Source: Candidatus Bathyarchaeia archaeon
Lineage (GTDB): Archaea; Thermoproteota; Bathyarchaeia; Bathyarchaeales; Bathycorpusculaceae
Assembly: GCA_038882955.1 (NCBI GenBank)
Contig: JAVZNC010000003.1
Span: 32,001 to 96,000, forward strand
DNA: 64,000 bases
Reading direction: 5' to 3'
The notes beneath the pieces were generated by a model. It was given only the letters and a program-made list of their open reading frames with translations, was not told where the DNA came from and did no database searches. Each line of letters opens with the position of its first letter. Position 1 is the first letter of the stretch. Position numbers and translations under genes: made by a program. Below are positions 38,652 to 45,708 of the stretch, piece by piece.

Positions 38652-40019
38652 ATGTCACGCTTAGGTTTCGACGTGATTGTTGTTGGCGCTGGAACAGCTG
38701 GGTGTCTAGCCGCAAAAACCACGGCAGAAGCTGGGTTAAACGTATGCTTGATTGAAAGGAAAAACAGAGAAGCCATCGGCGAGAAAGTCTGCGGAGACGC
38801 TTTGGGCGAGCATCACCTCAAGAGCATCGGGTTGGAGAAGCCTCAAAGCGGCGAGTTGGAAAAGCGGATTGAAGGAATAAAGATTTATTCGCCTGACATG
38901 GAGACTATTTTCACCGTTAGGCATGAAGATTTTGTTGGTTACCTCTTGAATAGGCGGCTGTTTGGGCAGTGGCTACTGAGAAAGGCGCTTGACAAAGGCG
39001 CCGTCCTTCTGGATACCACGCAGTGCCTCGAACCAATAATTGAAAGAGGTTTCGTTGTCGGCGTCCTTGCGAGAAATATGAGAACCGGAGAAAAGGTAAC
39101 GTTAAGAGGCAAAGTTGTTGTTGATTCAAGTGGCTTCCTTGCTGTTGTTAGGCGAAAACTTCCAGAGGAGATTGGAATAGAGAGGGGAATCGCCAACGAG
39201 GACGTCGAAGCATGTTATAGAGAAATTAGGCAACTCAAACAAGAGGGTAAGAACACTGAATTCTGCGAAATTTACCTAAACCAGAAGGTAACGCCTGGAG
39301 GCTACACGTGGATTTTTCCAAAGGGCGGGGCGAAAGTTAATGTGGGATTAGGCGTTTGCATGCGCGGAAAATTTCCAAACCCAAAAAATCAGTTATATCG
39401 GCATATCTTAACGAAACCTCTTTTTGAGGGTTCACTGCTTCTGGATGGCGGTGCATGGTACGACCCTACACGGAGACCGTTGGACAACATGGTTGGGAAC
39501 GGCGTAATAATAACTGGTGATGCCGCTTGCCTCGTAAATCCAATTCACGGCGGAGGCATAGGTCCTTCAATGCTTAGTGGTTATCTTGCGGGCAAAACGA
39601 TAGTTGAGGCTTTTGAGAAAGGTGATGCTAGCCAAAAATCTTTGTGGCAATATAACTGCAAGTACATGGAATTATATGGAGTCAAGCAGGCTGGACTTGA
39701 CGTTTTCCGTTTTCTGTTGCTGACAAGTCGTGATGAAGACTTGAGTTACGGGATGAAGTATAAGCTTTTAACCGAAGAGGATGTTTTGAAGGCTGGTTTA
39801 GGCGAGGAATTCCACCTAAAAATAAGCGAAACTGCAAAGCGTGTTTTTAGAGGATTAAGGCGCTTAAGCTTCCTAAACAAACTTAGAGTTACAGTCAACC
39901 TCATGGAGCAAGTTAAAATGCATTACAAGAATTATCCAAGGACGCCAGAGCAATTCCAAGAATGGCACGCTAAAAATGAGCGCTTGTTTAGAGAAGCAAG
40001 GTTAAAGCTTATGGGTTAA
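38652..40019 (+). CDS. Geranylgeranyl reductase family (digeranylgeranylglycerophospholipid reductase)
   Basis: VVGAGTAG, KVCGD, GYTWIFPKG and TGDAA..NPIHGGGI motifs. Confidence 0.88.
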   Translation: MSRLGFDVIVVGAGTAGCLAAKTTAEAGLNVCLIERKNREAIGEKVCGDALGEHHLKSIGLEKPQSGELEKRIEGIKIYSPDMETIFTVRHEDFVGYLLNRRLFGQWLLRKALDKGAVLLDTTQCLEPIIERGFVVGVLARNMRTGEKVTLRGKVVVDSSGFLAVVRRKLPEEIGIERGIANEDVEACYREIRQLKQEGKNTEFCEIYLNQKVTPGGYTWIFPKGGAKVNVGLGVCMRGKFPNPKNQLYRHILTKPLFEGSLLLDGGAWYDPTRRPLDNMVGNGVIITGDAACLVNPIHGGGIGPSMLSGYLAGKTIVEAFEKGDASQKSLWQYNCKYMELYGVKQAGLDVFRFLLLTSRDEDLSYGMKYKLLTEEDVLKAGLGEEFHLKISETAKRVFRGLRRLSFLNKLRVTVNLMEQVKMHYKNYPRTPEQFQEWHAKNERLFREARLKLMG

Positions 40020-40056
40020 CATCACATTTAAGAATCCGTAACTGTCATAAACATAT

Positions 40057-40743
40057 TTGAAGCGCATTATCATGAAAGTTGCAGTTTTAGTCACTGGCGG
40101 AAAGGACTCCGCTTTAGCGTTGCACAGAATCCTAAGACAAGGTTACAAAGTTAAATGTTTAGTTAGCATGATACCTTTACGCGAAGACAGCTGGATGTTC
40201 CATTATCCAAACATTCACCTTGTAAAGCTTTTCGCAGAGGCAGCTGAAATTCCACTGGCAAGCGCTGAAACTTCCGGAGTTAAGGAAGAGGAAGTTGAAG
40301 ACCTTAAGCGTCTAATTGCGAAACTTGACGTGGAAATCCTCGTTTCTGGCGCCATAGCATCAAACTATCAAAAATCTAGAATTGAAAGAATATGCGAAGA
40401 GTTGGGAATTAAGTGCCTAACCCCGCTTTGGGGCGAAAAACCACTAGACATTTTGAATGAACTTATAACTTTTAGGTTTGATGCGATAATTACTGGAGTT
40501 TACGCCTACGGCTTCAGCAAAGAATGGCTTGGAAGAAAAATTGACGAAGAAACAATCAAAGCCTTAGTCGTGTTGAATGAGCGTTATGGGGTTTCGGTTG
40601 TTGGTGAGGGTGGAGAGTACGAAACCTTTGTTCTTGACGCTCCATACTTTAAGAAGAAAATAAGAATCGTTAGTGCAGAAAAATTTTGGAGGAACCATTC
40701 TGGGCATCTGCTCATAAAAGAAGCCAAACTTGAGAGCAAATAG
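40057..40743 (+). CDS. dph6: Diphthine--ammonia ligase (Dph6-like PP-loop ATPase)
   Basis: TGGKDS, SWMFH, GAIASNYQ and GEGGEYETFV motifs. Confidence 0.85.
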   Translation: MKRIIMKVAVLVTGGKDSALALHRILRQGYKVKCLVSMIPLREDSWMFHYPNIHLVKLFAEAAEIPLASAETSGVKEEEVEDLKRLIAKLDVEILVSGAIASNYQKSRIERICEELGIKCLTPLWGEKPLDILNELITFRFDAIITGVYAYGFSKEWLGRKIDEETIKALVVLNERYGVSVVGEGGEYETFVLDAPYFKKKIRIVSAEKFWRNHSGHLLIKEAKLESK

Positions 40744-40797
40744 ACTATTCGCCCTACAAAAACGTGAACTTTATAGTGTGCCTAGCGCAATTTAAAC

Positions 40798-42063
40798 TTG
40801 GGAAGGCTCATGGTTGAAGAATCAGACGTAATAAACTTTCTAAAGGCTCATGGAGGCAAGGCATCGCTAAGCGACATAGCTGAAGGCTTAGGCATACCGA
40901 AATACGGACCAAAATCAGCCTACGCGTTTTTGCAGTCTTTGAAGGCTAAAGGCGTTATCGAGCGAGTTGGCGAGCTATGGGCATTGAGCATGGAAGAAGC
41001 CAAGCCTATCGAAAAAACTGAAATGGTGCAGCCGAAAGAGGAGGAGAAAAAGGAGGAGGCGGTAGTTCCAGAAGTTGAAAGGCTTATGCGGGCTATGGCT
41101 AAAACAATCGCTGAAGCTATGAGAACAGCCCAAGCGCCAACAGACGAGTGGGAGTTAGCCACAAAGCCAATGACGACAAAAATTGAGAGGAAAGAGGACA
41201 AGCTAAGCGCCTTTGTTTTGAAGCCGGACGAAGCCCTAGAGGCTAAAAAGCCATTGCTTGGCTTTCCAACGGGAACGTTTATAGACAACCTATTTTTAAC
41301 TCCAGACGGCAAACCATTGAATGGCATTCCAGTTTGTGGACAATTTGCAATAACGGGTTTACCTGGCGCTGGGAAATCCATTCTTGTAGAGGAAATAGCC
41401 GTTAGGGTTGCGGCTTCTGGACGTAAAGTGCTTTTTGCAACAGCTGAAGATACCTGGAAGAGTGCCACTCCACGTTTTGATTTGCAATCACGCTTAAAAC
41501 AGAAAGCAGACATCTTAAGTTTAGATTGGGGCAAAATCCGTGAAAACCTATTTGTTCTTGACACGGTGGCTTATCCGGAGCTGCGTGACTGGAACACTTT
41601 TGCTGAAACTTACCGTTATGTTGCTGAAAGGGAGAAAATAGACCTAGCCATAATAGACTCCGTAACTGTGCTTGAGGCGTACCGTGGCGCGCTTAAATAC
41701 CGCGTTATGGAACTCGCACGATACAACCAAGTTCACGGCATAACAGCACTTTATGTTAACCAGCGGAGCTCAGAGGTTTGGGACAGTTATGACATGGCTG
41801 GCGGAATAGGATTAGCCCACAACTTGGACGGAACAATAATAGTTGATTATGGAAGAGTTTACTGGCAAGACCAGCAGGTCGATTTAACCGTTAACAGAGG
41901 CGAATTTGTGCGCATCTCAAGGGTTCTGGACTGTAGAATGTGCAATTTTGAGAGACGCAGAATAAGGGTGGACATAACGCCAGACGGCTTTTTAAGGGCT
42001 GTTGAAACGATACCCAAAACTGGAGAAACGGGATACAGTGAAAATTTAGATGTCAATCGTTAA
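40798..42063 (+). CDS. Single-domain KaiC-family RecA-fold ATPase (AF_0795-like) with N-terminal winged HTH
   Basis: FPTGTFIDNLF, Walker A GLPGAGKS, Walker B AIIDS, AGGIGLAHNLDGTI, RVLDCRMC; wHTH in the first ~60 aa. Likely start is ATG 40810. Confidence 0.82.
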   Translation: MGRLMVEESDVINFLKAHGGKASLSDIAEGLGIPKYGPKSAYAFLQSLKAKGVIERVGELWALSMEEAKPIEKTEMVQPKEEEKKEEAVVPEVERLMRAMAKTIAEAMRTAQAPTDEWELATKPMTTKIERKEDKLSAFVLKPDEALEAKKPLLGFPTGTFIDNLFLTPDGKPLNGIPVCGQFAITGLPGAGKSILVEEIAVRVAASGRKVLFATAEDTWKSATPRFDLQSRLKQKADILSLDWGKIRENLFVLDTVAYPELRDWNTFAETYRYVAEREKIDLAIIDSVTVLEAYRGALKYRVMELARYNQVHGITALYVNQRSSEVWDSYDMAGGIGLAHNLDGTIIVDYGRVYWQDQQVDLTVNRGEFVRISRVLDCRMCNFERRRIRVDITPDGFLRAVETIPKTGETGYSENLDVNR

Positions 42064-43846
42064 GCCGCCGTCATTCGAAGAGCTTGCCAAGACATATGGT
42101 TCAGCGAAGAAAGCGATACAACACTTAATCGAAATCGGGTTTTCTCCCGAACAAATAGAGTGGAAAATGGGGATACCCTACCATCGCGTTCGCTTATACA
42201 TGGAAGACGTAGAACCAAAAGCCGACATACCATTCACAAAGATAGTGGAAGTTTACGAACGCCTCGCAGTTTTAAGAGGAAAGAAAGGCAAAGAAACAGA
42301 GTTAACAACTTTCTTCAAAAATCCACAATTAACACTTGAAACTAAAGCGCGTTTCGCCCTTGGAACACTAACAGAAGAACACCTAAAAATCGGTCCAGGA
42401 CTAATCGAGAGGAGCATAAGCCTTGCAACAGGTGCACCAATAAGCGAAGTTAAAAGGCTATTAATAGACTATGGGGAACATGGCGAAGTTGCCTATCTTC
42501 TCAAAAAGCCAAGCGAACCAAAACTTTCGGTCAGCGAAGTCAGCGAGGCAATTAGGCTTCTGCCGAAACTCAAAAGGATTAGGGAACGCGAACTCCACAT
42601 TTCAAGTCTACTGAAACTGTGCACCCCAACAGAAGCAAAATACCTTGTTAGGCTTCTCCTCGGCGATTTAAAACTTGGATACCACGCGAGAACAGTAATC
42701 AGAGCGGCATCAAAAACCTACGGAGTGCCAACAGAAATCATGGAAAAAGCAGCGGCGATACTTGGACTAACAGAAAGCATATCGTTAGCTTCTGAGGGCA
42801 CACTAAAACTTTCAGAAGTGAAAATGCGTCCGGGGCAGTTCATTAAGCCTCAACTTGCCCATATCTACGAACCAGACAAGGTGGTTTACCCAGCAAGAGC
42901 AGAATACAAGCTTGACGGAAGTAGGCTTCAAATACATAGATGGGGAACACAAACGTGGCTCTTTTCAAGAAGAGGCGTGGAGAAGTCTAAAACTCTTCCA
43001 GAAATCGTTGAAATTGCAGAAAAGTTTGGTACACAGAACTGCATCGTTGACAGCGAGGTCATAGCGGTAGACAGTGCAGGAAAACCGCTGCCATTTCAGA
43101 CGTTGCTTGAAAGGACAGTACCGCGAGAGCTTACGCCAGAAGAAATTGCAGAAAGAAGGGAGAAGGTAAAGGTCACAATAAAGGCTTTTGACATACTATT
43201 TCTTAACGGACAAGAACTTGTTGGCTTGCCACTTTCTGAAAGAAGAAAGTATCTTTTAGAGGTTGTTCCAGCCGAATACATCGTTGAGGGCGTGGACTGC
43301 CAAAACGAAGTTGAACTAATGCGTTTTTACGAAGAAGCCTTAAAGAAAAAGTATGAAGGAATAGTTGTTAAAAATTTAAACTCGCCCTATGAGGTTGGAC
43401 AGCGTACCTATACGTGGCTTAAACTGAAGCCAGAACGCGATACGCTTGATTGTACAATAGTTAAAGCTCTTTATGGAAAGGGCAAACGTGCTGGCTTATA
43501 CTCGTCATTTCTTTTGGCTGTGCGGGACCCTTTTGAGAAGAGGCTTTACACCGTTGGGAAAGTTTCAAATTTGCCAGAAGAGGCGATGGACGAGTTAAGC
43601 GCCATTGTTGAAAACACGAGAACAAGTGAGAATGATGAAGGCGTCTTCGTAAAGCCATCAGTGGTTGTAGAGGTCACTTATCAAGAAATTCAGGAAACAG
43701 ATGAATACACAAGTGGTTATGCCTTAAGAGTACCGAAAATAGTTAGGTTTAGAATGGATAAAAGCATAAGCGAAATAGATAACATTGAAAAATTAAAGAA
43801 GCTTTATGAGTTGCAGTACGAGCGCTATCCAGTTCAGTCGATTTAA
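42050..43846 (+). CDS. lig: ATP-dependent DNA ligase with N-terminal HTH-like extension
   Basis: EYKLDGSR (motif I), DSEV, AFDIL, EGIVVK, WLKLK and OB-fold ALRVPKIVRFRMDK. Confidence 0.9.
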   Translation: MSIVKPPSFEELAKTYGSAKKAIQHLIEIGFSPEQIEWKMGIPYHRVRLYMEDVEPKADIPFTKIVEVYERLAVLRGKKGKETELTTFFKNPQLTLETKARFALGTLTEEHLKIGPGLIERSISLATGAPISEVKRLLIDYGEHGEVAYLLKKPSEPKLSVSEVSEAIRLLPKLKRIRERELHISSLLKLCTPTEAKYLVRLLLGDLKLGYHARTVIRAASKTYGVPTEIMEKAAAILGLTESISLASEGTLKLSEVKMRPGQFIKPQLAHIYEPDKVVYPARAEYKLDGSRLQIHRWGTQTWLFSRRGVEKSKTLPEIVEIAEKFGTQNCIVDSEVIAVDSAGKPLPFQTLLERTVPRELTPEEIAERREKVKVTIKAFDILFLNGQELVGLPLSERRKYLLEVVPAEYIVEGVDCQNEVELMRFYEEALKKKYEGIVVKNLNSPYEVGQRTYTWLKLKPERDTLDCTIVKALYGKGKRAGLYSSFLLAVRDPFEKRLYTVGKVSNLPEEAMDELSAIVENTRTSENDEGVFVKPSVVVEVTYQEIQETDEYTSGYALRVPKIVRFRMDKSISEIDNIEKLKKLYELQYERYPVQSI

Positions 43847-43849
43847 TGG

Positions 43850-44124
43850 ACCATACTTCTCTCCACTTTGCCTTAAGTGCGACAACAATTATGGAAATCA
43901 CAGTAGTTATAAAAAGCAGAGTCCAAAGGAGTATTATTATTTCTGGCGGCAACTCTAAAAGGCCAGAATAAGCTCGAATTAAGCCAGCAGTGTTTGACGT
44001 TGGAAAGTATAAGCGAGGCAAACAACCAGTCGATGTTAACTGAAAGGCTTACTCCACTTAAGGCTTCAATGGGCTTCTTTCCACCGTAAATTTTCACAAG
44101 TTCCACGGACTTTATTGCTTCCAT
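43850..44124 (-). pseudogene. Deletion remnant of an ABC transporter operon (ATPase N-terminus joined to permease C-terminus)
   Basis: MEAIKSVELVKIYGGKKPIEALSGVSLSVN stops before Walker A. A second frame gives LYFPTSNTAGLIRAYSG...KAKWRE, typical of an ABC-2 permease end. Confidence 0.7.
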
Positions 44125-44162
44125 TTTCTAAAGAATTCTGGAAAAAGTGGTCGCCGTGCTGA

Positions 44163-44708
44163 TCACACCCTAAATTTTAGAACGCCATAGTTTGTTTGAG
44201 GTGCAAGAGGCAGGTTTGCTGTCGTCTTGTACTGTTGACTGCGAACTCCAAGGCCTATTTCCACAAATTCCTTCAACGTTTGATTCGTGAATTCCCATGT
44301 TGGAGGCCCATATCTAATTCCATTGCATGTAGAATCAGCGTATATGAAGAGCTTGTTTCCCATGTAATGGTAAACCGCCTCGTTTGCATAGCCAAACTTT
44401 GGCCTGCTTAAGATTTTAAATGGCCAGAGTTTACATGCTTGTGGTTTCATGTGTTGCAGTCCGCATAAACGCATGTTCGGCAACTCGCATAGGAAAATGC
44501 ACGAGCCGTCACTTCTCCTTTTTATGAAAAGTTTGTTTAACCCCGAAACCGTGCATCCAGCACCATAATTTTTGACAATTTTAAGCCATTCTTGGAAGTT
44601 TAGGACGACACTGTAAGCTTTGCAGCACAAGCCGCATGCATTGCATTTCCAGTCGCTGATGTACTGCCATGGAATAAACAGCATTTCCATCCTAAAATTT
44701 TGGGACAA
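44163..44708 (-). CDS. YkgJ-family (CxxCxxCC) Fe-S/zinc cluster protein
   Basis: CNACGLCC, GSCIFL, LCGL..MKPQACKLWPF. Confidence 0.85.
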   Translation of the reverse strand: MSQNFRMEMLFIPWQYISDWKCNACGLCCKAYSVVLNFQEWLKIVKNYGAGCTVSGLNKLFIKRRSDGSCIFLCELPNMRLCGLQHMKPQACKLWPFKILSRPKFGYANEAVYHYMGNKLFIYADSTCNGIRYGPPTWEFTNQTLKEFVEIGLGVRSQQYKTTANLPLAPQTNYGVLKFRV

Positions 44709-44756
44709 AATTTCTTAAAAACTTATTTCTGGAGGAGGCTCTCTGCTTTAAGGATG

Positions 44757-45236
44757 CTAGACTTTCTTGTACAGATAAAGCGTGTGTGTTGGATATCCCA
44801 AACTTGGATTTTCACAGAAGTTCTCAACTTTAACGGGCTTCCACCCAACAATCTCATAATCATGAGAGACAACACGCACTCCTGACCTAAGCTCAGTCTC
44901 AAGTTTAGGCCTTATCTTCTCATTGGCGCTTGTTGTCAGATAAAGGAATACGACGTCAGCAGATGTTAAGTCAACAGTGAACATGTCACCGTTTACTATG
45001 GTAACTCTGTCTTGAAGCCCTTGCTCATAAACTGTGCTTAGAGCTTTTTTGACAAGGTCTTCTCGCAATTCCACGCCAACGGCTCTTGCTCCAAAATCTT
45101 TAGCTGCCATTATAACTGCCCTTCCGTCTCCAGCACCTAAATCAAAGAACACCTCTCTTGGTTTTAACTCTGCAAGAATGAGCATTTGGCGGATTACTTG
45201 CGGCGGGCTTGGAACGTATGGTGCTATATACATCAA
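44757..45236 (-). CDS. Protein-lysine methyltransferase, aKMT/FAM173-like
   Basis: PYVPSP, DLGAGDGR, VVFLYL, PKLE.EL and VVSHDY..GWKP motifs. Confidence 0.8.
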   Translation of the reverse strand: MMYIAPYVPSPPQVIRQMLILAELKPREVFFDLGAGDGRAVIMAAKDFGARAVGVELREDLVKKALSTVYEQGLQDRVTIVNGDMFTVDLTSADVVFLYLTTSANEKIRPKLETELRSGVRVVSHDYEIVGWKPVKVENFCENPSLGYPTHTLYLYKKV

Positions 45237-45299
45237 TCAGCCCTCAGTGTTTCTTGTTTATCCAAACACCTTTTTTCTTTTAAAGATTTTCTAGGTCTT

Positions 45300-45626
45300 T
45301 CACGTGACATATGTAGCTTTTTTAGGTGTTGGTCTTCGGGCTTCCCCACATTTCATACAACTTTGAGCACAAAGCTCCAAATACTTTGCTTCGTCTCCAG
45401 TTCCAACGGCTTCTGCTGCTTTTCGGCAGAGTTCGCTTGGTTCTGCGCATCCTTCTTCGCGGCATAAGTTTGAAATGTAAAGGCATATGTCGTTAACATC
45501 TTTTGGTTCTAGAACGGCTCTGTTTGAGCGTACTAGGAGGCAGAGTTCCCTTGCAAGAACGCATGTTTTGACATATTTTATTCTTTCAAGAACCTCTTCC
45601 CTTAGCTTTTTTCTGCTTATTTCCAC
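45300..45626 (-). CDS. Cys-rich helical hypothetical protein
   Basis: 9 Cys in 108 aa; AAGGAG RBS and its own TATA box. Confidence 0.7.
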   Translation of the reverse strand: MEISRKKLREEVLERIKYVKTCVLARELCLLVRSNRAVLEPKDVNDICLYISNLCREEGCAEPSELCRKAAEAVGTGDEAKYLELCAQSCMKCGEARRPTPKKATYVT

Positions 45627-45708
45627 AATCTATTCTCCTTGTTAGTGTGTAGCGTCTACGCACATTAACACGCTCCACCATTTAAAAGTTGTTGTAAGTT
45701 TCTGGATG

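Noticed and set aside
40798-42063. Circadian clock KaiC or ArlH
   Set aside because: Single ATPase domain, no KaiA/KaiB, and not linked to the pilus locus.
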